Shown here piece by piece: positions 27,713 to 36,241 of a DNA stretch of 64,000 nucleotides. The stretch's first letter is position 1; every line of letters begins with the position of its first letter. The notes beneath the pieces were generated by a model. It made no database searches and was not told the DNA's origin. It saw only the letters and a program-made list of their open reading frames with translations. The DNA is from Oscillospiraceae bacterium. GTDB lineage: Bacteria > Bacillota > Clostridia > Oscillospirales > CAG-272. Location of the stretch: assembly GCA_015063485.1 (NCBI GenBank), contig SVUA01000006.1, forward strand, positions 19,180 to 83,179, given 5' to 3'. The translations under genes were made by a program, and so were the position numbers.

Positions 27713-29182
27713 ATGTCTGAAAAAAATAATGAACGAGAGTTCGAAGAAAATATGTCCGATCCCAATGGGTCCGATGATCTTTTTTCCGAAATAACTGCAC
27801 AAGACCGATCTGTCCTCGGCAATAATAGCGAAGAGGATACGTCTGAAGCTCCGAAAAAAGAAAAAAAGATATCAATAGCCGCGTTCGTCGTTTCGTGTAT
27901 TGCCCTTGTTCTTGCGGCGGTAATGATAACGTACACTTGCTGTTCGGGATTTTACCGCAAAAAAATAGCGGAAATACAAGTACAAAACGCTATAACCGGC
28001 ATATCGGGTGATTCTGTTGAGCTTTTGGATAGACTTAAGACCTTGTGTAGAATATTCGAAGGGCTTTCTATTACCGATTACGACTCGGAAATTATGATGA
28101 ACGAGGTCCTCAAGGCGTACGTAAGATCAAGCGGAGATAAATACGCAGAATATTATACTGCCGACGAATACCTCGAATTGATGAAGTCAAACACAGGAGC
28201 TTCCCAAGGAATAGGAATAAGCATCGTTCAGTCTTCAACCGTTATTGACGGAGTAGAAAGAGTTGCAATAAAAATAATAAACGTAACGAAAAACTCACCT
28301 GCGGAAAAAGCGGGATTACAAATTAACGACCTTATCGTTTACGTCGGTATCGGTGAAAATAAAAAGACGATAGAGGAGCTTGGCGGATATGCGCTGGCGG
28401 TTGCTTCAATGCAAGGCGAGGCAGGAACGAACGCGGAGTTTACCGCTCGCCGATTTAAAGATAACGGCGAATACGAGGATATTGAGTATTCTATCCTTAG
28501 AGAAGCGTTTACGGCAGATGCGGTATTCCATCGCGTATGCTCGTTTGATCAAACAGTAGGTATCGTTAAGATAGATTCCTTTGATCTCACAACGCCGAAC
28601 GCTTTGAAAGCATCTGTTACTTCGTTGCAAAATTCAGGTTGCACAAAATTCGTTTTCGACGTTCGCTATAATCCGGGCGGAGACCTAAGATCCATTGAAG
28701 CCGTATTGAGCTATTTCTTAAACGAAGGCGATACGATAATAAAAACCGTAGACAAACAAAAAAACGAAGAAATATCTATCGTTAAGGCTGTCGAGCATGA
28801 AGGCGATTATGCTTCTTGCAGTGTAAAAAAAGAAGAGATCGGTATGTATAGAGAACTCGATTTTGTAGTCTTGACAAACGGCAGCACCGCAAGCGCGGCA
28901 GAGCTTTTCACGGCGGCATTGCGCGATTACGACCTTTGTGATATAGTCGGTACGACCACATACGGAAAAGGAAGCGTACAGTCTATCTGTCCGTTAAAGA
29001 AGGGGTTGCAGGGAGCGGTAAGACTTACGACAAAAATGTATTACCCGCCATGCGGCGTAAGCTACGACGGAGAAGGGATCGTTCCCGATATTATTGTAGA
29101 GCTTAATGACGGAGTTAATATTTACGACACCGATAATAGCAAAGATAATCAACTTATCGAAGCTATAAAGCATATAAAATAA
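27713..29182 (+). CDS. S41 family C-terminal processing peptidase, membrane anchored, with PDZ domain
   Basis: An acidic N-tail and one TM helix, then a PDZ-like segment (INVTKNSPAEKAGLQINDLIV). Catalytic region VLTNGSTASAAELF...TYGKGSVQ. Confidence 0.85.
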   Translation: MSEKNNEREFEENMSDPNGSDDLFSEITAQDRSVLGNNSEEDTSEAPKKEKKISIAAFVVSCIALVLAAVMITYTCCSGFYRKKIAEIQVQNAITGISGDSVELLDRLKTLCRIFEGLSITDYDSEIMMNEVLKAYVRSSGDKYAEYYTADEYLELMKSNTGASQGIGISIVQSSTVIDGVERVAIKIINVTKNSPAEKAGLQINDLIVYVGIGENKKTIEELGGYALAVASMQGEAGTNAEFTARRFKDNGEYEDIEYSILREAFTADAVFHRVCSFDQTVGIVKIDSFDLTTPNALKASVTSLQNSGCTKFVFDVRYNPGGDLRSIEAVLSYFLNEGDTIIKTVDKQKNEEISIVKAVEHEGDYASCSVKKEEIGMYRELDFVVLTNGSTASAAELFTAALRDYDLCDIVGTTTYGKGSVQSICPLKKGLQGAVRLTTKMYYPPCGVSYDGEGIVPDIIVELNDGVNIYDTDNSKDNQLIEAIKHIK

Positions 29183-29217
29183 GAATAATTTTGATAAAAG
29201 TATAAAGGAGAGAAAAA

Positions 29218-29682
29218 ATGTCAGAACAAAAGTATACACATGAAGGCTTTCAACAGTTAAAGGATGAATACGAGCGTCGAACAAAGGTCGACCGCAAGCG
29301 TATTCTTGCGGCAATCGAGGAAGCAAGATCCTTCGGAGACCTCTCGGAGAACGCTGAATACAGCGCGGCTAAAGACGAGCAGGCAAGAAACGACCACCGT
29401 ATCCAAGAGCTTGAATACCTTATAGAACACGCTATCGTCGTTGACGAGGAGCTTGACGCAGACGTAGTAGGTCTTGGTTCTTTCGTTACCGTTGAGAGAG
29501 ACGGAAAAGAGACGCAGTATAAAATTGTTGGCTCTAACGAGGCAAATCCTTTTGATAACAAGCTTTCTGATATGTCTCCCGTAGGAAGAGCATTGATCGG
29601 CTCAAAGGTTGGAGACAGCGTGAAGGTAGACGTTCCCGCAGGTACTATCGAATTTAAGGTCGTAAGTATAGCTAAAGCGTAA
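29218..29682 (+). CDS. greA: Transcription elongation factor GreA
   Basis: 154 aa with EEARSFGDLSENAEYSAAKDEQ and a C-terminal SPVGRALIG.KVGD motif. Confidence 0.95.
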   Translation: MSEQKYTHEGFQQLKDEYERRTKVDRKRILAAIEEARSFGDLSENAEYSAAKDEQARNDHRIQELEYLIEHAIVVDEELDADVVGLGSFVTVERDGKETQYKIVGSNEANPFDNKLSDMSPVGRALIGSKVGDSVKVDVPAGTIEFKVVSIAKA

Positions 29683-29693
29683 TAAAATCTTCT

Positions 29694-29719
29694 GCGGCGG
29701 TCTTTGCACCGCCGCTTTT
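29694..29719 (+). terminator. Rho-independent terminator after greA
   Basis: Stem GCGGCGG/CCGCCGC followed by TTTT. Confidence 0.7.
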
Positions 29720-29744
29720 GGTATGTTTTTGTTTGGAGGTTAAA

Positions 29745-30491
29745 ATGGGTCACGAAAATAACGAAAAGATACAAGATCAAGGAATATACATAAAAAAAGA
29801 TGAAAAGGTCACTTGGGCGGAAAATTTCTGGTATCACTATAAGTGGGCAATAATCGGAATCGCGGTAGCTGCCGTCATATTGTTTGTTTGTATAGTCCAA
29901 TCCTGCACAAAACGCGAAGAGGATATACTGATCGTGTACGCAGGTCCTGCGTATTTATCCCAAACCGAACTTGCATCGGTCGTTGAGGTCATGGGAAATA
30001 CTATGCCTCGCGATTTTGATGAAAACGGAGATAAATTTGTTATTGTAGATATGTTCCAGATATTTTCCGAGGAGCAGATAAAGGATATAACGGCGCAGAC
30101 AGATGCGAACGGAAAACAAGGCTACGTTGACAGAAGCCGAAATAGCAGTAATTACGACCAATATAACAAATACGTGCTTACAGGCGATAGCTCAATATAT
30201 TTGCTTGACCCATTTCTTTATGAAACTCTTAAAACGAACGACCGACTTTGTAAGCTTACCGACGTTCTTTCAGATGAGCCGAAGGGAGCTATCGACGAAT
30301 ACGGCGTAAGACTTGGAGACACCGACCTTTATAAAGAATACGGTGTTCTTCGCGTACTCCCCGAGGATACCGTGATATGTATTGCAAGACCGTTCGTCGC
30401 GGGAACTAAAACGAGTAAAGAAAAGTATTATAACAGAGAAAAAGAAATGTTCTCTGCTATCGTAGATACGCCTCTTAAGACAGAAGATTAA
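29745..30491 (+). CDS. Single-pass membrane protein of unknown function
   Basis: The ATG at 29745 follows GGAGG, whereas the listed start at 29718 lies inside the greA terminator. One TM helix (WAIIGIAVAAVILFVCIV). No recognisable family. Confidence 0.5.
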   Translation: MGHENNEKIQDQGIYIKKDEKVTWAENFWYHYKWAIIGIAVAAVILFVCIVQSCTKREEDILIVYAGPAYLSQTELASVVEVMGNTMPRDFDENGDKFVIVDMFQIFSEEQIKDITAQTDANGKQGYVDRSRNSSNYDQYNKYVLTGDSSIYLLDPFLYETLKTNDRLCKLTDVLSDEPKGAIDEYGVRLGDTDLYKEYGVLRVLPEDTVICIARPFVAGTKTSKEKYYNREKEMFSAIVDTPLKTED

Positions 30492-30522
30492 TTTAAAACA
30501 TTTACAGGAAAGATTTGTTTAA

Positions 30523-31437
30523 ATGAAAACTAAAATAACTACAACGCTGTTGCTTTTCCTTACAGCTATGATTTGGGGCTTGGCTTTCGTTGCACAGGTG
30601 GACGGCGTAGAGCATATCGGCTCATTCGCTATAAACGGAATACGTTATCCGATAGGAGTTATATCGCTCTTGCCTGTGGTTTTGTTCTTTGAAAGAGGAA
30701 GAGTAGACGGAGCGGAGCGCAAACGTACCGTGATAGCATCAATAGTGGCGGGAACTATACTGTTCGGAGCATCAACGCTTCAACAGATAGGTATAGAATA
30801 TACAAGAAGCGCGGGTGTTGCAGGCTTTATAACGGGACTTTATACTGTTCTCGTGCCTATTGGTTGCTTTTTGATATTTAAGCATAAAACGGGAATAAAT
30901 GTATGGATAGGCGCAATACTTGCCGTAATAGGACTGTTTCTGCTATGCTATCGCGTAGGCGACGGATTTTCATTTGGCGTAGGTGAGCTGTTGCTTTTGC
31001 TCGGTTCGTTCCTTTGGACTGCTCACGTGATAGTTATTGATAGACTTGGAAAGAACATACGTTCACTTCATTTCGCTTTGGGGCAGTTTTCGGTATGTTC
31101 CGTATTAAGCATAGTATTAATGCTTATCTTTGACCGCCCGACCATAAGCGGCGTAATGGACGCAAAATGGGCACTCCTTTATTGCGGAGTTCTTTCGGTC
31201 GGCGTGGCATATACCTTGCAGGTAGTGGCACAGAAAAAAGCTGATCCGACGTTTGCGGCAATAATTTTATCAACCGAATCGGTGTTCAGTGCCATCGGGG
31301 GCTCTATATTCGGTATAGATAGTATCTCGTGGCTCGGATATATAGGCTGTGCCGTAATGTTTTGCGGAATAGTAATATCTCAATTACCAACGCGCAAACA
31401 GATCAAACAAAACGATAGCGAAACTCAAAAGGAATAA
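30523..31437 (+). CDS. DMT-superfamily transporter (EamA family)
   Basis: 304 aa with 10 hydrophobic helices in a duplicated EamA-like arrangement. Confidence 0.85.
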   Translation: MKTKITTTLLLFLTAMIWGLAFVAQVDGVEHIGSFAINGIRYPIGVISLLPVVLFFERGRVDGAERKRTVIASIVAGTILFGASTLQQIGIEYTRSAGVAGFITGLYTVLVPIGCFLIFKHKTGINVWIGAILAVIGLFLLCYRVGDGFSFGVGELLLLLGSFLWTAHVIVIDRLGKNIRSLHFALGQFSVCSVLSIVLMLIFDRPTISGVMDAKWALLYCGVLSVGVAYTLQVVAQKKADPTFAAIILSTESVFSAIGGSIFGIDSISWLGYIGCAVMFCGIVISQLPTRKQIKQNDSETQKE

Positions 31438-31473
31438 AGATTTATTGTTCGGTCAAACATAACCTTGGAGGTG

Positions 31474-31578
31474 ATGGCTTTGACCGACAAGAAAAGAGAA
31501 TTTTTACTTGGCTTTTTGGCGGGATCGTGTATTTTAGGCGTATTTGCCGCAATACTTCTCGTTATATTTCTGTTTTGA
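31474..31578 (+). CDS. Candidate 34-aa single-TM micropeptide (not in the ORF track)
   Basis: The ATG lies 2 nt after GGAGG at 31467-31471 (GGAGGTGATG; unusually tight spacing). It translates to MALTDKKREFLLGFLAGSCILGVFAAILLVIFLF. Its TGA lies inside the rsuA RBS (TGAGGAG). Confidence 0.35.
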   Translation: MALTDKKREFLLGFLAGSCILGVFAAILLVIFLF

Positions 31579-31587
31579 GGAGAATTT

Positions 31588-32298
31588 ATGAGACTTGATA
31601 AATTTTTGACTTCAAGCGGATGTTGCTCACGTACCGAGGCTAAACGCGCGGTGAGAGCGGGAGCGGTGCTCGTAAACGGAGCAGTTCCTAAAAGCTCGGA
31701 CGTAGCAATCGATCCCGAAGCGGATAGGATAGTATTTCAAGGTAAGCATATAGTGTATAGAAAATACGTGTATATCATGCTCAATAAGCCCGAGGGATAT
31801 GTAAGCGCTACCGAGGACGGACGTGACAAGACCGTACTTGATCTTTTGCCGTCAGAGGCTATTAGACCGGGGCTCTTTCCGTGCGGAAGGCTTGATAAAA
31901 ACACGCTTGGACTTATGCTTATAACAGACGACGGAGATCTTGCGCATAAGCTTTTAGCGCCCAAAAGCCATGTCAGTAAGACCTATCGCTTTAGATCTAA
32001 ATTTCCAATGTCACGTGCAGACGCCGTACGCTTTGAGGGCGGAGTTACACTTGAGGACGGATACGTTACCTTACCCGCCAAGATCGAGCTTGACGACGAC
32101 TGCCTTGGAGGATATATCACATTGACCGAAGGCAAATATCACCAAATAAAGCGAATGCTTGAGGCTCTTGATAATAAGATAACATATCTTGAACGTATCA
32201 CATTCGGCAATTTGGTGCTCGATAACTCGCTTGAACGCGGTGAGTGGAGATATCTTACAGAAGAAGAAATAGCCGGACTAAGAGCCGACAGAAAATAA
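31588..32298 (+). CDS. rsuA: 16S rRNA pseudouridine synthase, RsuA family
   Basis: S4 N-domain MRLDKFLT, the catalytic GRLDKNTLGL motif, and KYHQIKRM. Confidence 0.9.
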   Translation: MRLDKFLTSSGCCSRTEAKRAVRAGAVLVNGAVPKSSDVAIDPEADRIVFQGKHIVYRKYVYIMLNKPEGYVSATEDGRDKTVLDLLPSEAIRPGLFPCGRLDKNTLGLMLITDDGDLAHKLLAPKSHVSKTYRFRSKFPMSRADAVRFEGGVTLEDGYVTLPAKIELDDDCLGGYITLTEGKYHQIKRMLEALDNKITYLERITFGNLVLDNSLERGEWRYLTEEEIAGLRADRK

Positions 32299-32316
32299 AT
32301 ATTTACGGAGAAACAA

Positions 32317-34476
32317 ATGAACATTATTCAAAAATTAGCGGAAGAATTTAAATTAAAGCTCGAGCAGGTCGAAAAAACAGTTGAGCTTATCGACGAGGGT
32401 AACACGATACCTTTTATAGCGCGTTACCGTAAGGAAGAAACGGGAAGTCTTGACGATACTGTGCTTCGCGATCTTGACGACCGCCTTACTTATCTTCGCA
32501 ATATCGAAAAGCGCAAGGAAGAGGTGTCGAACCTCATTACCGAAATGGGAAAAATGACCGACGAAATAGCGGCGGCAATACAAAACGCGCAGACTATAAC
32601 CGAGGTCGACGATATATACAGACCCTTCCGCCCTCACCGTAAAACGAGAGCGTCTGTCGCGAAGGAAAAGGGACTTGAGCCTCTTGCGGAGCTCATACTC
32701 GCGCAAGAGGATAAATACGAGCCTTCTATCGAAGAGCAGGCGGAGGCTTATATAAACGAGGAACTCTGCGTGGCAAGCGCGGAAGAAGCACTTGCGGGTG
32801 CTTGCGATATTATTGCCGAAGCGGTTTCCGATAATGCAGATTTCAGAAAGACTGTCAGAAAAGCTACCTTTGATACAGGTATGTTGATCACTAAAAACAT
32901 AAAAGATGAGGATTCGGTATATTCTCAATATTACGAGTATTCCGATAAGATAAACAAGATACCGTCTCACCGTATCCTTGCGATAAACCGAGGAGAAAAG
33001 GAAGAATTTTTAAAGGTCGGCATAAGCGTTGAAAAGGGAATAATACTTAATTTTCTCTGCAATGAAATGATAACCTCGCCGGGAAGTCCTGCGGCACGTT
33101 ATATTGAGAGTGCGGTAATTGACAGCTACGACCGCCTTATCGCTCCGTCTATCGAGCGCGAGATACGCAACGATCTCTTTGATACGGCAAGTGAGGGCGC
33201 TATAAAGCTCTTCTCGGATAACTTAAAGCAGCTCCTTATGCAGTCTCCTCTTAAGGGTAAGACTGTGCTTGGATTCGACCCGGGTTACATTAACGGTTGT
33301 AAGACAGCGGTCGTTGATAAAACGGGCAAGGTGCTTGATACCGCCGTCGTATATCCTACCACTAAATCCAAATTCAAGACCGAAGAAGCCGCTCGCGTCA
33401 TCAAAAAGATGGTCGAAAAGTATAAGGTTGACGTTATCGCAATAGGTAACGGTACTGCTTCGCGTGAGAGCGAATTGTTCATAGCCGATACCTTGAAAAG
33501 CGTAAATTACGATTGTAAGTATATTATCATCAGTGAGGCGGGAGCTTCTGTTTATTCCGCATCCAAGCTTGCCGCTGATGAATTCCCCGATTTCGACGTT
33601 ATGCAGCGTTCCGCAGTCTCTATCGCAAGAAGATTGCAAGATCCTCTTGCAGAGCTTGTAAAGATAGACCCTAAATCAATAGGCGTAGGGCAGTATCAGC
33701 ACGATATGAAGCCCGCAAGACTTGACGGCGCGCTTCAGGGCGTTGTTGAAGATTGTGTAAACGCTGTCGGCGTAGACATTAACACGGCTTCTCATTCGTT
33801 GCTATCTTATATTTCGGGAATTAACGCAACAAGCGCAAAGAATATAGTTAAATACAGAGAAGAAAACGGTGAATTCACATCTCGCGCTGCAATTCTTAAA
33901 GTTCCGCGCGTGGGAGCTAAAGCTTTTGAGCAGTGCGCGGGATTTTTGCGCGTACCGCAATCCAAAGAGATACTTGATAATACAGGAGTTCACCCTGAAT
34001 CTTACGAGGCGGCGCATAAGCTTCTTTCAATGTTCGAATACACCGAGGCAGACGTTGCAAACGGTAAGCTTTCCGACCTGCGTGAAAAAGTAAAAGAAAA
34101 GGGAATTGCTCACGTTTGTGAGCTTTGCGGAGTGGGAGAGCCTACCCTTAATGATATTATTACCGAGCTTTTAAAGCCGGGAAGAGACGTACGCGATAGC
34201 CTTCCTCCACCGGTTCTTCGAGAGGACGTTATGAGCATGGAGGATATCAAGCCCGATATGATACTTAACGGAATAGTAAGAAACGTAATAGATTTCGGAG
34301 CGTTCGTAGATATCGGCGTACATCAAGACGGACTTGTTCACATCTCCGAAATATCAGACCGCTTCATTCGCCATCCCTCCGAAGTCCTTTCTGTAAACGA
34401 TCACGTAAAGGTGAGAGTCCTTTCGGTTGACCTGAAGAAGAAAAGAATAGGTCTTTCAATGAAAGGGATAAAGTAG
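32317..34476 (+). CDS. tex: Tex-like transcription accessory protein (YqgF/HHH/S1 domains)
   Basis: 719 aa. N-terminus IPFIARYRKE.TG.LDD, and a C-terminal S1 domain (G.V..V.DFGAFVDIG.HQDGLVHISE). Confidence 0.9.
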   Translation: MNIIQKLAEEFKLKLEQVEKTVELIDEGNTIPFIARYRKEETGSLDDTVLRDLDDRLTYLRNIEKRKEEVSNLITEMGKMTDEIAAAIQNAQTITEVDDIYRPFRPHRKTRASVAKEKGLEPLAELILAQEDKYEPSIEEQAEAYINEELCVASAEEALAGACDIIAEAVSDNADFRKTVRKATFDTGMLITKNIKDEDSVYSQYYEYSDKINKIPSHRILAINRGEKEEFLKVGISVEKGIILNFLCNEMITSPGSPAARYIESAVIDSYDRLIAPSIEREIRNDLFDTASEGAIKLFSDNLKQLLMQSPLKGKTVLGFDPGYINGCKTAVVDKTGKVLDTAVVYPTTKSKFKTEEAARVIKKMVEKYKVDVIAIGNGTASRESELFIADTLKSVNYDCKYIIISEAGASVYSASKLAADEFPDFDVMQRSAVSIARRLQDPLAELVKIDPKSIGVGQYQHDMKPARLDGALQGVVEDCVNAVGVDINTASHSLLSYISGINATSAKNIVKYREENGEFTSRAAILKVPRVGAKAFEQCAGFLRVPQSKEILDNTGVHPESYEAAHKLLSMFEYTEADVANGKLSDLREKVKEKGIAHVCELCGVGEPTLNDIITELLKPGRDVRDSLPPPVLREDVMSMEDIKPDMILNGIVRNVIDFGAFVDIGVHQDGLVHISEISDRFIRHPSEVLSVNDHVKVRVLSVDLKKKRIGLSMKGIK

Positions 34477-34609
34477 TTTTAATATATTAAAACGCCCAAA
34501 AAATTAAAAAAGCTCAAGATTCACACAAAAAACGTGCGTTTTGTGAAATATGCACAAATAATAATATAAAATTTTGGGGATTTACCCTCTTCCATTTTTG
34601 CAAAAAATT

Positions 34610-34618
34610 TGGTACAAT
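34610..34618 (+). promoter_or_regulatory. Candidate extended -10 promoter element (TGgTACAAT) for the ABC ATPase gene
   Basis: TG at 34610-34611 and TACAAT at 34613-34618. There is only a weak -35 (TTCCAT) at 17-nt spacing. Confidence 0.4.
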
Positions 34619-34688
34619 ATTAGGGTAATAAGTGTGAAAATTTGACTTGATTTAAACACGATATTTTATTTGAGAGGAGTTTCCAAAA

Positions 34689-35801
34689 ATGGCAAGTTTA
34701 TCACTCAGACACATCTATAAGAAATATCCGGGCGGCGTAACCGCAGTTTCGGATTTCAATCTTGAAGTAAAAGATAAGGAATTTCTCGTTCTTGTCGGAC
34801 CTTCCGGATGCGGTAAGACAACCACCCTCCGTATGATCGCAGGACTTGAAGAAATTACCGAAGGTGAGCTCTTTATCGGCGATCAGCTGGTAAATGACGT
34901 TGCACCTAAGGACAGACAGATCGCGATGGTTTTCCAGAACTACGCTCTGTATCCTCATATGTCCGTATTTGAGAATATGTCTTTCGGACTTAAGCTCAAC
35001 AAGACTCCTAAGGAGATCATCAAGCGCCGCGTTGAAGAGGCAGCAAGAATCCTTGACATCACTCACCTTCTTGACAGAAAGCCTAAGGCTCTTTCCGGTG
35101 GTCAGAAGCAGCGTGTTGCTCTCGGTCGTGCAATCGTTCGTGAGCCTAAGGTATTCCTTTTGGACGAGCCGCTTTCCAACCTTGACGCAAAGCTTCGTGC
35201 AGCCATGAGAACCGAGCTTACAAAGCTCCACCAGCGTGTTGGAACGACCTTTGTATACGTAACGCACGACCAGGTCGAGGCTATGACGATGGCAACGAGA
35301 ATCGTTGTTATGAAGGACGGTCTTATTCAGCAGGTTGATACTCCTCAGAATCTTTACGATTCTCCTTGCAACATTTTCGTTGCAGGATTCATAGGAACTC
35401 CTCAGATGAACTTTATCAAGGGTACTCTTACTAAGAAGGGTGATGGCGTATTCTTCAACTTTGAAGATGTTTCTCTCCAGCTTCCCGAGGATAAGGCAAA
35501 TGCTCCCGAGCTTGCAGATTACATAGGTAAGGAAGTTGTAGTAGGTCTTCGTCCCGAGGGTATCTCCGATGAGGCAAAGGCTGTTGAAGCAACTCCCGAG
35601 TCTTCCTTCGGCGTTAACGTTGAAGTTACCGAGCTTATGGGTGCAGAGATCTATCTCTACCTCAGCATCGGTGAGACCAACCTCATTGCGCGCGTTTCTT
35701 CTCGTTCGAAGTCCAGAGCAGGCGACCAGATCAAAGTTGCATTTGATATGTCCAGACTCCATATCTTCGACAACGATACCGAGCGTTGCATAATTCACTA
35801 A
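34689..35801 (+). CDS. msmX: Sugar ABC transporter ATP-binding protein (MsmX/MsmK/MalK/UgpC type), orphan
   Basis: Walker A GPSGCGKTT, signature LSGGQKQR, Walker B FLLDEPLS, and a C-terminal TOBE-like regulatory domain. No permease or binding-protein genes are adjacent. Confidence 0.9.
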   Translation: MASLSLRHIYKKYPGGVTAVSDFNLEVKDKEFLVLVGPSGCGKTTTLRMIAGLEEITEGELFIGDQLVNDVAPKDRQIAMVFQNYALYPHMSVFENMSFGLKLNKTPKEIIKRRVEEAARILDITHLLDRKPKALSGGQKQRVALGRAIVREPKVFLLDEPLSNLDAKLRAAMRTELTKLHQRVGTTFVYVTHDQVEAMTMATRIVVMKDGLIQQVDTPQNLYDSPCNIFVAGFIGTPQMNFIKGTLTKKGDGVFFNFEDVSLQLPEDKANAPELADYIGKEVVVGLRPEGISDEAKAVEATPESSFGVNVEVTELMGAEIYLYLSIGETNLIARVSSRSKSRAGDQIKVAFDMSRLHIFDNDTERCIIH

Positions 35802-35815
35802 TTATAATTGTCAAT

Positions 35816-35845
35816 AAAACGGGATATTTCTAATATCCCGTTTTT
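35816..35845 (+). terminator. Rho-independent terminator after the ABC ATPase gene
   Basis: Stem AACGGGATAT/ATATCCCGTT with a 5-nt loop and a T-run. Confidence 0.8.
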
Positions 35846-35869
35846 GTTAAAAAACAGGAGGTAAAAATC

Positions 35870-36178
35870 ATGAGAAAAATTATGACACTTCTCCTTGTGG
35901 CTTTACTTGTATTTTCGTTGGTAATAACTTTTTCTGCGTGTAATGAAGGTTCTGACATTATTATAAATAACAACAATAATAATGATAATGGCAACAATAA
36001 TGACAACACTAATAGTAATAACAATAATAATTCCACAACAACATCAGGTGAAAACAACACGGAAACAACTACCAAAAACACAAGTGAAACAACCACAGGC
36101 GGAACACAAAAGCCTAATTTGAATCCCGAACAAGAAGATCAGGAAGGTTCAAAATTTAATCCTTTGCGTCCGCTTTGA
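35870..36178 (+). CDS. Small lipoprotein made of a signal peptide plus an Asn/Thr-rich low-complexity tail
   Basis: A strong RBS (AGGAGG), lipobox ITFSAC, then NNNNNNDNGNNNDNTNSNNNNNSTTTSGENNTETTT... and only about 35 further residues. Confidence 0.5.
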   Translation: MRKIMTLLLVALLVFSLVITFSACNEGSDIIINNNNNNDNGNNNDNTNSNNNNNSTTTSGENNTETTTKNTSETTTGGTQKPNLNPEQEDQEGSKFNPLRPL

Positions 36179-36190
36179 TCTATGAATATA

Positions 36191-36232
36191 AAAACAGACC
36201 GAATACCAATTAAAAGTATTCGGTCTGTTTTT
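36191..36232. terminator. Bidirectional terminator (16-bp perfect stem)
   Basis: AAAACAGACCGAATAC/GTATTCGGTCTGTTTT with a 9-nt loop. It serves the convergent lipoprotein gene and the FAD-oxidoreductase genes. Confidence 0.9.
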
Positions 36233-36241
36233 ATGTGTAAA

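Noticed and set aside
34598-34603. TTGCAA considered as the -35 box for the ABC ATPase promoter.
   Set aside because: It lies only 9 nt from the TACAAT -10 element, so the spacing is incompatible. The promoter is more likely of the extended -10 type with a weak -35.
34701-35798. A 365-codon stop-free ORF on the minus strand covering almost the whole ABC ATPase gene.
   Set aside because: The plus-strand frame carries complete Walker A/B, signature and TOBE motifs and a strong RBS. The antisense translation is low-complexity with no motifs, RBS or promoter. It is a shadow frame produced by the codon bias of a highly expressed gene.
35950-36060. AAT/AAC-rich DNA considered as a tandem repeat, microsatellite or CRISPR-like array.
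   Set aside because: There is no exact repeating unit beyond triplet codon bias. It lies inside an ORF and encodes the poly-Asn linker. It is noted only as potentially slippage-prone.
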